Assembly: GCA_043801885.1 (NCBI GenBank)
Contig: JAZDLP010000323.1
Span: 1 to 40,359, forward strand
From: Planctomycetota bacterium
Lineage (GTDB): Bacteria; Planctomycetota; SZUA-567; H5-PLA8
DNA: 40,359 nucleotides
Direction: 5' to 3'
Positions within the stretch are counted from its first letter, which is position 1. Each line of letters starts with the position of its first letter. Below, piece after piece: positions 1 to 9,040 of the stretch. A model generated the notes under the pieces. It worked only from the letters and a program-made list of their open reading frames with translations. It searched no databases and was not told where the DNA came from. The position numbers and the translations under genes are program-made.

Positions 1-2
1 TT

Positions 3-1169
3 GCCAAAATCCACCAGGAAGACATGTACCGTGACGAACGGCTGATCTGTTCGCCACAGGCCGGCGAAGTTGTTGTTCGATTTCCCGCCGACGCGCCTGA
101 AAAGAAAATTATCAATCTCTGCGCAAACAACTACTTGGGACTTTCCAATCATCCCGAAGTTCTAAAAGCCGCGCACGAGGGTCTTGACCAACGCGGTTAC
201 GGCATGTCTTCCGTGCGATTCATCTGCGGCACGCAGGATATTCACCGCGAATTGGAACAGAAACTCAGCCAGTTTCTCGGTGTTGAAGATGTCGTTTTGT
301 TTTCGTCCTGCTTCGACGCTAACGGCGCGCTGTTTGAAGCCATTCTGACCGCCGCGGACACCGTGTTCTCTGATCGTCTGGTACATGCCTCGCTGATTGA
401 CGGCATGCGATTATGCAAAGCGCAGCGGATCATCTATGAGCACGCCGACATGGCGGACCTGGAACAGAAATTAAAAATCGCGCAATGCCGTCTGAAACTC
501 ATCGTCACCGACGGAGTATTCTCCATGGACGGCGACATGGCGCCGCTGGATAAAATCTGTGAGATTGCGCGTAAATACGATGCGTTGGTGGCGGTGGATG
601 ATTCGCATGCTACGGGCTTCATCGGCAAAACCGGCCGCGGCACGCATGAACATTTCGGCGTGATGGATCAGGTGGATATTATCACCACCACTTTTGGCAA
701 AGCGCTGGGCGGCGCTACCGGCGGTTGTATCGCCGCCAGGAAAGAGATCGTTGATTTGCTGAAACAGCGCGCGCGTCCGTATCTGTTCAGCAACTCGCTG
801 ATGCCGGCCGTGGTCTATACAACATTGAAAGTAATTGATCTGATCAGTCAAACTACTGAACGCCGCGACAAACTCGAGACCTTGACCAAGTGGTGGCGCA
901 ACGCGCTTGCGTCCGCAGGTTTCGACGTTAAACCCGGTAACACGCCCATCGTACCGATCATGTGCTACGATGCCAAGCTGGCGCAGCAGTTTAGTCGCGA
1001 TTTATACGCGGAAGGCGTATTTGCGGTCGGCTTCTTTTATCCGGTTGTGCCCCAAGGTGAAGCTCGCATTCGCACACAAATCTCCACATCGCTCGACCAG
1101 CAGCTCCTCAACTGCGCGCTCGATGTCTTCGTCAAGATTGGGAAAAAATATCAAATCATTGGCGCCTGA
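3..1169 (+). CDS. kbl: Glycine C-acetyltransferase (2-amino-3-ketobutyrate CoA ligase), 5' end probably outside the window
   Basis: Motifs NLCANNYLGL, GMSSVRFICGTQDIH, TDGVFSMDG, DDSHATG, PLP lysine in TFGKALGG and ARIRTQIS. The frame is open upstream of ATG 24 to the window edge (AKIHQED), so the true start is probably earlier. Confidence 0.95.
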   Translation, partial: AKIHQEDMYRDERLICSPQAGEVVVRFPADAPEKKIINLCANNYLGLSNHPEVLKAAHEGLDQRGYGMSSVRFICGTQDIHRELEQKLSQFLGVEDVVLFSSCFDANGALFEAILTAADTVFSDRLVHASLIDGMRLCKAQRIIYEHADMADLEQKLKIAQCRLKLIVTDGVFSMDGDMAPLDKICEIARKYDALVAVDDSHATGFIGKTGRGTHEHFGVMDQVDIITTTFGKALGGATGGCIAARKEIVDLLKQRARPYLFSNSLMPAVVYTTLKVIDLISQTTERRDKLETLTKWWRNALASAGFDVKPGNTPIVPIMCYDAKLAQQFSRDLYAEGVFAVGFFYPVVPQGEARIRTQISTSLDQQLLNCALDVFVKIGKKYQIIGA

Positions 1170-1183
1170 AGTTGCAAATAATG

Positions 1184-3532
1184 TTATCTGCCGCTCGTCG
1201 GCGACACTTCGACTTGGAGCGCGTTGGGATTTTTTGGCGCGGCGCGAGTGCCGTAGATTTCTCTCAATACTCGATACGCTAACGGCGCTGCGACCGCGCC
1301 GCCGTGGCCGGCTCCTTCGAGAAAAAACGCAAACGCATACTGTGGATTGTCCGCCGGAACATAGCCGCAGAACCATGCGTGCGGCTTGGCGCCTTTCTTA
1401 TGCTCGGCGCTGCTGGTCTTGCCGGCTACGCGCACGGCCAGCTCCGGGCCTTGTTCGTGAAATGGCGAATAAGCCGTGCCGCGTTCGCCGGGTCGGCCGA
1501 CGTTGACGACTTCTTCCAGTCCCTGTTTCACAATGTTCAGATTAGCTTGACTGATGCCGAGCGGGCGTGTGGGCACGACGGGGCCGTCCAGCCACAGGCG
1601 CGGTGTCACTACCTGGCCGCCGTTGGCGATGGCGGCCATCAGCGTCGCGCTCTGGATAACGGTACAAGCGAACTGCCCTTGGCCGATGGCGAGTAGAAAG
1701 TCGTTGCCGCGGGTCCAGATTCGCGCCGCAGGATTATTTGGAAAAGTCTTGAATCGCCATTCGCGGTCCGGATAAATTCCGCGCACTTCGCCCGGCAGAT
1801 CAATACCGGTGACGCGGCCGAAAAATTGTTTGGCATAGAGGCCGAGGTTCTCCACGCCGATACGCGCGCCGATCTGATGAAACGTGACATTGCACGAACA
1901 ACGAATAGCCTTCAGCAGATTCATCGAACCGTGCGCGCGGCTATCGTCACAGTGGAATTTCTGCCCGCCCGCAACGATATAACCAGGACATTCAAAAATC
2001 TCCTGCGGATCAACAAGATTTTTTTCAAGCGCGACGGCGGCGATGAGCGACTTCATGCAGGAACCGAGCGCGTACTGCTCGGAGACCGCACGATTGAGCA
2101 ACGGTTTAGTCGGATCGGTCAGCACCGCACGCAGTTGTTCCTGGCGTTGCGGATTGTCCCGCGGCGGTGTGAACAGATTTGGATCGAAGTCCGGGAAGCT
2201 GGCCAGCGCCAGCGCTTCGCCGTTGCGGATATTCAGCACCACGGCGACGCCAGGCCGATCCTGACTTTTCAGCGCGTGTTCCACCGCTTTCTGCCACGGC
2301 AGCGAAATGCACAACGCCATGGAATCGCCTGCTTGCGGTTGAGAGGCGCGATGGAAGCTGAGACTGCGGTCATCTTCGTTTTTTGCCGTGAGCGACTCGC
2401 GTAGTTTCAGGCCGTGTTTGCCACGCAAATTATTATTATAGTAGCGTTCAATACCCTGTTCGCCTAGCAATCGGTCGGGGAGCATGCGACGCGATGCAAT
2501 CGCCGACAAACCCACGCCTAGATACAGATTCTCCGTATCAGTGAGTTTCAGGCGCGGCGGTCGTTCCAGCCAACGCACCGGTTCGGCCAGCCCCAGTGTC
2601 GTCACTGCTTGCAATTCGCTTGGCCGCAATTTGCTTATAATGTCGTACAGTCCGCCTAAATTATGAATCTCTTGTGGCGGCGCGCGCAGAATACGTTCCA
2701 GACTTGTCGCACGCGTCTCGTCCATGGAATCGCGCAACTTATTCCAGAATTGACGACGTGATTGAGCGTTGTCGAGAAGGATACCGTCGGTTTTGAGCGC
2801 ATCTTCATCCGCCGCGCTTAATTCGCCCACTGCGCCAAGCACGAAACAAGCCAGGCGTCCCTGTGGATAAACGCGTTGTGTGGAAAGCGTGCAGACCAAG
2901 CCCGGAAACGGTGGCTCGACCATGTTTTCCATCTTCGCCGCGACTTTGCCGAACAACTGATGACTATCGTGAAAAACGTCTTCGTGCGCGGCGCGCAGAG
3001 CGAGCCAGATACGCTCATCCACGCCGCTAACGATGCTCAGTGGCGTCTTCGGCGTAGCCCAGTTCCTGGCGACGGTGTCGAATGCTTTAAGCACGCCGGC
3101 GGCGATATCGGCAGGTTCACGCCGCACCATATGCGCCAGCTCGCGGACGAACTTCTCCTGCTCCAGCATCGCGCAGAGACGTTCGAATTCATTTTTCATA
3201 ACGACTTTTGCGGATTCCGGGTCGCGAGTCTTTTCGTTGTCATAGCGGCGGCGCGCATCCGCAACCTTCCCAAGCCCAACACGATCCAACTTCAGTCGTT
3301 CAACTCGCAATGATATATCGTAAACGGTGCGGTCTTCGGCCAGGACGTTGCCATGACGGTCGTAGAGTGTGCCACGCGGAGCTTTAACGATGCGTTCCAA
3401 ACTATGATCGCGAGTGGCCAGGTCGTGATAACGTTCGTAATTGATGATCTGTAATTGAAAAAGGCGGCATAATACCACGAAAAAACTCATGCCGAAAAGA
3501 ACAGATAAGATGCCGATGCGCGTCTTAAACAT
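1184..3532 (-). CDS. mrdA: Penicillin-binding protein 2 (class B transpeptidase) with large insertions in the non-catalytic domain
   Basis: N-terminal TM, APRGTLYDRHG, RVYPQG, GIERYYN..LRG, LLNRA; catalytic SCMK (SxxK), SCN (SxN) and KTS in place of KTG; HAWF, GHGGAVAAP. Confidence 0.9.
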   Translation of the reverse strand: MFKTRIGILSVLFGMSFFVVLCRLFQLQIINYERYHDLATRDHSLERIVKAPRGTLYDRHGNVLAEDRTVYDISLRVERLKLDRVGLGKVADARRRYDNEKTRDPESAKVVMKNEFERLCAMLEQEKFVRELAHMVRREPADIAAGVLKAFDTVARNWATPKTPLSIVSGVDERIWLALRAAHEDVFHDSHQLFGKVAAKMENMVEPPFPGLVCTLSTQRVYPQGRLACFVLGAVGELSAADEDALKTDGILLDNAQSRRQFWNKLRDSMDETRATSLERILRAPPQEIHNLGGLYDIISKLRPSELQAVTTLGLAEPVRWLERPPRLKLTDTENLYLGVGLSAIASRRMLPDRLLGEQGIERYYNNNLRGKHGLKLRESLTAKNEDDRSLSFHRASQPQAGDSMALCISLPWQKAVEHALKSQDRPGVAVVLNIRNGEALALASFPDFDPNLFTPPRDNPQRQEQLRAVLTDPTKPLLNRAVSEQYALGSCMKSLIAAVALEKNLVDPQEIFECPGYIVAGGQKFHCDDSRAHGSMNLLKAIRCSCNVTFHQIGARIGVENLGLYAKQFFGRVTGIDLPGEVRGIYPDREWRFKTFPNNPAARIWTRGNDFLLAIGQGQFACTVIQSATLMAAIANGGQVVTPRLWLDGPVVPTRPLGISQANLNIVKQGLEEVVNVGRPGERGTAYSPFHEQGPELAVRVAGKTSSAEHKKGAKPHAWFCGYVPADNPQYAFAFFLEGAGHGGAVAAPLAYRVLREIYGTRAAPKNPNALQVEVSPTSGR

Positions 3533-3587
3533 AGCCAGTCAGGCTCACCGCAAAGACACAACGCGGCCATGAGGCCGCAATAAAAAA

Positions 3588-3656
3588 GTATAGGAATTTC
3601 AAAATTGATCGCCAAAATAAAATAAGGGAATTTTTGATTTTTGATTGTGGATTGAA
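3588..3656. mobile_element. Fragments of MITE family A (both termini)
   Basis: gtataggaatttcaaaattgatc matches 7162-7183. ataagggaatttttgatttttgattgtggattgaa matches 39082-39123. Confidence 0.65.
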
Positions 3657-3767
3657 TTGTATCCTTTTGTTATTCGGATACACCACCGCCACCTTTACAA
3701 ACATGTTAATAACAACGGAAAGTGGAATGTCAACTGAAGAAGTAAAAAATGAGGCAAGGGGGTTGAC

Positions 3768-3893
3768 GTCGAGCATCCAGTGAAGGATGTGATTCAGAAA
3801 GACGGGCGTATTCGCCGCTGGGCGCCCATCCCAGAGATGTACGGAAAACATCTCCGTGTCGTATTGCTTCCAGACGGAGAAACTCTGCGCAAT
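3768..3893 (+). pseudogene. Fragment of a small putative toxin gene of the type that pairs with DUF2283
   Basis: Reads VEHPVKDVIQKDGRIRRWAPIPEMYGKHLRVVLLPDGETLRN, which resembles from memory the ..QxDGRIRRW..GRYLRVVLLxDGETVHNAF family. In-frame TGA at 3750 upstream and no usable start. Confidence 0.55.
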
Positions 3894-3954
3894 TACGGTG
3901 GAGCATGCGAGCGAGCGTACCGGTATTCCACAGTTTTCCTTTGAACAGGTGGGA

Positions 3955-6900
3955 TCAATTGCATGATCTGGACGTGTTGCGACGCCACAGACGCGCCAGT
4001 AACGAGCGCCATTCTTCAGCAATGCTGTAGAAGCAAGGCACGACTAATAGCGTCAAGCCAGTGGAGACGATCACTCCGCCGACGACCGCGATAGCCATCG
4101 GCACACGCAGTTCGCCGCCAGGTCCCAGCGCCAGCGCGCCCGGTAACGCTCCGGCAATAGTGGCCACCGAAGTCATCAGGATCGGGCGCAGCCGAATCGG
4201 ACAAGCTTCGCGCAAAGCGTCGTCGCAATCTTTGCCTTCGCGACGCAGTTGATTAGTAAAATCCACTAACAGAATGGAATTTTTTTTGACGATGCCCGCC
4301 AACAGAATCAGCGCGATTACGCTGAAGATGTTTACTGAATTTCCGCTCCAGTACAGCGCCAACAACGCGCCGGTCAGACTGAAAGGCAACGCCAGCAGAA
4401 TGGTGAAAGGATGCAGAAAACTGTTGAACTGCGAAGCCAACACCATGTAGGCGACCAGCAGACCGCCAGCAAACGCAAAGATTAGCGCCCAAAATGACTC
4501 GGCAGAAGAACGAGATGAACCGGTAAGCACCACTTCGTAACCTTCGGGCAGAAGGCGACCTTTAATGGCCATGACTTCGGCCAGCGCGTCAGCCTGAGCG
4601 ACGCCAGGAACAGAATTGGCGCCGATGGTTATGGCGCGAGCGCGATTGACGCGATAAATCGTTTGCAGCGAAGGGCGAGTGCGAATATCCACCAGTTCCG
4701 ACAGCTTGACCAGCTCGCCATCTCGATTGCGAACATAGAGATTGCCGATATCTTCCGGGCGCAGACGTTCGTCACGCAGCAAGCGCAAGCGCACGTCGTA
4801 CTGACGTCCTTCCTGCGTAAACCGAGTGATCTTGTTGCCGCCAATCAAATTACCAACGGTGGTAGCGAGCTTCAGAATATCTACGTTATGAGCCAACGTC
4901 TTGTCGCGGTTGGGCACGACTTGTACTTCCGGCATGCCAACTTTGTAGTCTGAGATAATATCCACAAGTTTGCCGCTGGCCAGCATCGCCTCTTTAAACT
5001 GCGCATTCAATTCGCCCAACTTATCCCAATCCGGACCACGAATAGAGAACGAAATAGGCAATCCGCCGCCGCGACCACCACCGGATAGCGACTGTTTTGA
5101 CGGGTCCATCACTATTACGTTGATGCCAGGCAGAACGCTCAATACGTTCCTCACTTCGACGATGCTCTCCTGCTGCGTCATGGGCCGACCGCTCGGTCCC
5201 TGCGGTCGCTCGACACGTTCCTTCATTGTGATGAACATATTAGTTTCGTTGCCTTCGCCGCCCCAACCGCCGATCATGACGAAAACAGATTCGATCTCCT
5301 TTTGATTGCTCAGCAACTCTTCGACTTGCCGAGTAATTTTGTCATTATAATTCAGCGATGAACCGACAGGACACTCCAGCTTGATCCGGTACATCCCCTG
5401 ATCCTGCGCGGGCATCTCTTCGCGAGGGATACGAGTGAGCAACAGCAATGAGGACGCGAAGATCAGCAGCGCGACAACCAAAATGGCATAGCGCCACGGT
5501 CGCCAGTTCAGAATACCTCGCAACGTTTGACGATACAGATCGGCCAAACGGTCAAAACACCAGGCCACGCCGCGTTCCAGCCGGTTGCGTCGTTCGCCGA
5601 CTTGCAGGAATTGCGAGCAGCGCATGGGGGCCAGCGTCAGCGCTTCCAGCAGCGAGATCATTACTGACACCGAGAGCACCACACCAAACTGGAAAAAGAA
5701 CTTGCCCATCACGCCGGGCATGAAGATCACCGGCATGAAAATAGCCACGATGGCCAGAGTCGCGCACAGTGCCGCGAACTGAATCTGCTCGGCGCCTTCG
5801 CGCGAGGCGACAATCTTGTCCTTGCCCATCTCCGCATGACGGTAGATGTTTTCCAACACCATGATCGCATCGTCCACTACCAGTCCGATGGACAGCGACA
5901 AGGCCAGCAGAGTAAATAAATTGAGCGTAAAACCAAAGAAGTAAATGACTGCAAAAGTTCCAAAGACTGAGACTGGAATAGCTAGGATTACGTTGAAGGT
6001 GGACGAAATAGAACCAAGAAAAATCCAGCAGACAAACGCGGTCAGGAGCACGGACATGATTAGTGTGAAGCGGGTCTCATCATAGGCGTCCTGGATGAAC
6101 CTGGTCTGGTCATAGCGCACTAACAGTTCCTGATCGTGGGACATAGTTTTATTCAGTTCGGCGATTCGTGCGCGACAGTCGTTGGCGACCTGGACAGCGT
6201 TGGAACCGCGTTGTTTGATGATCCCCAATCCCTGCGCCGGCACACCGTTGACGCGAGAGATACGGCGAATATCCGCCAGACCGTCTTCCACTTCCGCCAC
6301 GTTGCCCAAGTAAATCGCGGCCCCGTTCAGCTCGGCCAGCCGAAGTTTACGCCACTGCGCCACATTCAGCGCCTCGCCCTCTACTTTGACGTTTGATTCG
6401 CGCAGCGCGCCTTCTATGCGTCCGGCGGGTAATTCAATATGCTCGCGCTGCACCGCGTTGATCACGTCATCAACCGCCAGACCGTGCGCCAGCATTTTCA
6501 ACGGGTCAATCCAGATGCGCAGATTGCGATCCTGGTAGCCGGCCATGAAAACGTCGCCAGTATCGGGAATTGTCAGGAAGCGGTCGCGCAGAACGTTTTT
6601 GGCATACTCGGCCAGATCGCGCTGAGCGCGCGTGCCGGTGAGCGCGATGAACATGATGGGTTGATCTTCAGGATTGATCTTGCGGATAGACGGCGGGTCA
6701 ATGCCTGGAGGCAGAAGACGCATGTTGGCCGAAACGCTGGCCTGCACATCCTGAAAAGCAACATCTATATTTTTTCCCGGCACGAACTCCGCAGTCACCT
6801 GAGCCAGCCCCTGTCGCGCTGAAGAGGTTACCTCGCGGACGCCGGAGACTTTCATCACGGCGTCTTCCAGCACATTCACGACTGCGGATTCTATGATTGC

Positions 6901-7068
6901 GGGGTCTGCGCCTTCCAACGTAGCCGACACGGAGATGGTGGGCATGTCCACATCCGGCAGCAGCCCGACACCCAAACGAGATAACCCTACCGCGCCTACC
7001 AAGATGAGACCGGCCATCAACATCCAGGCAAAGACGGGATTACGAATCGAGACCGCTGCTAAACTCAC
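3955..7068 (-). CDS. RND efflux permease (AcrB/AcrD/AcrF family)
   Basis: 1037 aa; SIGLVVDDAIMVLENIYRH, GIVKKNSILLVDF, RLRPILMTS; GTG start. Confidence 0.95.
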   Translation of the reverse strand: MSLAAVSIRNPVFAWMLMAGLILVGAVGLSRLGVGLLPDVDMPTISVSATLEGADPAIIESAVVNVLEDAVMKVSGVREVTSSARQGLAQVTAEFVPGKNIDVAFQDVQASVSANMRLLPPGIDPPSIRKINPEDQPIMFIALTGTRAQRDLAEYAKNVLRDRFLTIPDTGDVFMAGYQDRNLRIWIDPLKMLAHGLAVDDVINAVQREHIELPAGRIEGALRESNVKVEGEALNVAQWRKLRLAELNGAAIYLGNVAEVEDGLADIRRISRVNGVPAQGLGIIKQRGSNAVQVANDCRARIAELNKTMSHDQELLVRYDQTRFIQDAYDETRFTLIMSVLLTAFVCWIFLGSISSTFNVILAIPVSVFGTFAVIYFFGFTLNLFTLLALSLSIGLVVDDAIMVLENIYRHAEMGKDKIVASREGAEQIQFAALCATLAIVAIFMPVIFMPGVMGKFFFQFGVVLSVSVMISLLEALTLAPMRCSQFLQVGERRNRLERGVAWCFDRLADLYRQTLRGILNWRPWRYAILVVALLIFASSLLLLTRIPREEMPAQDQGMYRIKLECPVGSSLNYNDKITRQVEELLSNQKEIESVFVMIGGWGGEGNETNMFITMKERVERPQGPSGRPMTQQESIVEVRNVLSVLPGINVIVMDPSKQSLSGGGRGGGLPISFSIRGPDWDKLGELNAQFKEAMLASGKLVDIISDYKVGMPEVQVVPNRDKTLAHNVDILKLATTVGNLIGGNKITRFTQEGRQYDVRLRLLRDERLRPEDIGNLYVRNRDGELVKLSELVDIRTRPSLQTIYRVNRARAITIGANSVPGVAQADALAEVMAIKGRLLPEGYEVVLTGSSRSSAESFWALIFAFAGGLLVAYMVLASQFNSFLHPFTILLALPFSLTGALLALYWSGNSVNIFSVIALILLAGIVKKNSILLVDFTNQLRREGKDCDDALREACPIRLRPILMTSVATIAGALPGALALGPGGELRVPMAIAVVGGVIVSTGLTLLVVPCFYSIAEEWRSLLARLWRRNTSRSCN

Positions 7069-7085
7069 GGCGCTAACCTCAAAAA

Positions 7086-7116
7086 TATCCGCAGATATCC
7101 GCAGATGAACGCAGAT
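7086..7116 (-). repeat. 10-mer tandem repeat (ATCTGCGTTC/ATCTGCGGAT on -), the 3' flank of a cassette shell
   Basis: atccgcagat atccgcagat gaacgcagat on +. Inverted relative to the ACACAGATGA-type repeats at 7650-7685. Confidence 0.7.
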
Positions 7117-7161
7117 GGAACAGACAATAAATCAACGACCGCTGTCGGGCTAGTGGTCAAA

Positions 7162-7269
7162 TATAGGAATTTCAAAGTTGATCACACAAGTCAAAAATTG
7201 CCGCTAAAGGCGATTTGTTTTCCTTCAATCAACAATCAAAAATCAACAATCTAAAATTTCCTTATGTTC
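7162..7269. mobile_element. MITE family A copy (imperfect TIR, internal AATCAAC/AATCAAA 7-mers)
   Basis: Ends tataggaatttc...aaaatttccttatgttc. The reverse complement matches both ends of 39079-39311. Confidence 0.7.
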
Positions 7270-7383
7270 TGCTGTTGAAATTCCGTTTTTTTACCCAGTA
7301 GCGAGACGCTGGCGCTCCTTCGGAGTGCGATCAATAATTGAATCCGTTTTCCGGTGGTGTCGCTTCGCTCAACCACCGGCTAA

Positions 7384-7450
7384 CACTACAACGCACCTTT
7401 ACCTAGATACATCGCGATGGTTTGGATATAGGTAAAGTTTCGTTGTAGTT
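7384..7450. mobile_element. MITE family B, 67 bp, 22-bp imperfect TIR, CTAA target duplication
   Basis: cactacaacgcacctttaccta / taggtaaagtttcgttgtagtt (19/22 complementary), with ctaa on both sides. A second end of this family lies at 23452-23492. Confidence 0.75.
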
Positions 7451-7488
7451 CTAATAGCTTTGAACCCTTCGGGTTCTCATCGAACAGC

Positions 7489-7565
7489 AATTCGCAATTC
7501 TTAATTCTTAATTCTTAATTCTTAATTCTTAATTCGTAATTCTTAATTCTTAATTCTTAATTCGC
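7489..7565. repeat. Heptamer tandem repeat (AATTCTT)x11
   Basis: 11 contiguous 7-bp units: 8 AATTCTT, 2 AATTCGC, 1 AATTCGT. Confidence 0.95.
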
Positions 7566-7676
7566 ACAAAACCTCATGCTACAAAAGTCGAGATTTCGAC
7601 CGCGTGCAGTATATAAAGCGATAATAATCTTCTTCGTGATCTTATTCACTTCTAATCTGTGTTTATCTGTGTTCAT
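7557..7676 (-). pseudogene. Truncated GxxExxY-family-like gene start
   Basis: ATG overlaps the MFP stop (ATGA). Reads MNTDKHRLEVNKITKKIIIALYT..., like the MNxDxxR..NxITEKIIG N-terminus I recall for GxxExxY proteins, then diverges and stops in the heptamer array. Confidence 0.5.
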
Positions 7677-7685
7677 CTGTGGTTT
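7650..7685. repeat. 36-bp direct repeat, copy 1 (3' end of the MFP gene)
   Basis: ttctaatctgtgtttatctgtgttcatctgtggttt; 35/36 identical to 9005-9040. Confidence 0.95.
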
Positions 7686-9031
7686 AATTCCGTGGTTATG
7701 TCAACCGTTTTCACTAACACGCCATCCTGCAGCGCGTCGGCGCCGGTGGTCACGAGGCTTTCGCCTTCTTTCAGGCCATCAATGACTTCCACTGCTTGGT
7801 CCGCCACCTGCAATCCTAACGTCACTTTGCGACGCTGAGCTCTGAGTTCGGACGACTTGCCTTCCGCCGCGGATTTGTCCGACTCTACTACATAGACTAC
7901 GAACCCGTACTCGGTGGGCTGCGCGGCGGTGAGCGGAATGACAACGGCGGTGTTCTTGTTTTTGGTGACAATTTTGATGGTAGTAAAGAAACCGGACTTC
8001 AACACCGCGTCCACAGACTCCACGTTGGCCCAGCAGGTGACCAGGCGAGTCTTCGGATCGGCGGCGCGACTGATGTAATAAATTATGGCATTAAAATCGC
8101 GGCCGGGGTACGCCAGCGTACGGAAGGTTAACCGCGACTTCTCGGACACATGCGCCGACTCCTGTTCCGACAGTGCAAATCTTAATTTCAGCCCCTGGCT
8201 CACGATCTGCGCGATAGGCGCGCCGGCTGAAACCTGCGCGCCGTTGGAAATGTAACGCGCATCAATTATTCCGGAGACCGGCGATACTACGGCGCTCTTG
8301 AGCAGATCATCCTCTGATTGCTTCCATTCAGTCTCGGACTGTTTGGCCTCGCTCTCCTTTTGTGTCGCGAGACTTTGCGCCGCCTTGACCAGCGTGATCA
8401 CGGCTTCTCGCGCGTCCTTGAGTTCAATGTTGGTGTTATCGCGCTTATCTACTACCAGCAGAAACTCATCCTCCGATATTGCGTGCGACTCAAAAGCTGA
8501 TTGACGCCGCTTGACGTCCCGTTCGGCCTGATCCATTTTCAATCGCAAACGTTCAACTTCGTTACGTCTCTGCCGTTTGATGTCATCCAGATCGTCACGC
8601 GCTTTTTGCGCCGCATCTTTTGATTTCTGCCATGCGTCTTTGGCGCGTTGAGCGGCCAGAGCGTAGCTGGTCGGCGCAATGCGACACAGCACCGTCTGCG
8701 GTGTGACTTCGGAGCCTTCCTTGAAAGCTACTTCTCGAATCACGCCGGAAACTTGCGCATCAATGCGAAAGATGTCCTCGGCCTGCAACGACCCGGTGGT
8801 ATCAAGCGTATACTGTAACGGCCGTACTGATACTTTCGCCGTGCTCACCGGATAACGGCGTATCTGTGATTTATCATCTTTCTTCTTTTCAGACATCGCG
8901 GTTTTAGAGTCGCCGCCGCAGTTTGACAGTCCGAGCAGCAACAAACCGGCAACTCCCCAAGCCAGCAGCGCCAGCGCCGATGGCAAGCATATGATTTTAT
9001 TCATTTCTAATCTGTGTTTATCTGTGTTCAT
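7673..9031 (-). CDS. RND periplasmic adaptor (membrane fusion protein), probable lipoprotein; alternative start at 9004
   Basis: IDAQVSGVI and SPVSGII lipoyl halves, long coiled coil, DPKTR, LKSGFF, VTLG..VEVIDGLKEGE; hydrophobic signal ending LSNC. Confidence 0.92.
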   Translation of the reverse strand: MNTDKHRLEMNKIICLPSALALLAWGVAGLLLLGLSNCGGDSKTAMSEKKKDDKSQIRRYPVSTAKVSVRPLQYTLDTTGSLQAEDIFRIDAQVSGVIREVAFKEGSEVTPQTVLCRIAPTSYALAAQRAKDAWQKSKDAAQKARDDLDDIKRQRRNEVERLRLKMDQAERDVKRRQSAFESHAISEDEFLLVVDKRDNTNIELKDAREAVITLVKAAQSLATQKESEAKQSETEWKQSEDDLLKSAVVSPVSGIIDARYISNGAQVSAGAPIAQIVSQGLKLRFALSEQESAHVSEKSRLTFRTLAYPGRDFNAIIYYISRAADPKTRLVTCWANVESVDAVLKSGFFTTIKIVTKNKNTAVVIPLTAAQPTEYGFVVYVVESDKSAAEGKSSELRAQRRKVTLGLQVADQAVEVIDGLKEGESLVTTGADALQDGVLVKTVDITTELNHR

Positions 9032-9040
9032 CAGTGGTTT
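9005..9040. repeat. 36-bp direct repeat, copy 2 (tetR/MFP junction)
   Basis: ttctaatctgtgtttatctgtgttcatcagtggttt; contains the tetR stop and an overlapping ATG. Confidence 0.95.

Noticed and set aside
3525-4022. 165-aa minus-strand ORF
   Set aside because: It overlaps the RND 3' end and runs through MITE sequence (FNPQSKIKNS is translated heptamer repeat); the plus-strand toxin-like fragment explains the region better.
7489-7565. Possible CRISPR array
   Set aside because: Contiguous 7-bp units with no spacers, and no cas genes in the window.
7650-9040. 36-bp repeats as CRISPR repeats
   Set aside because: Only two copies, 1.3 kb apart, and each is internally a 10-mer tandem.
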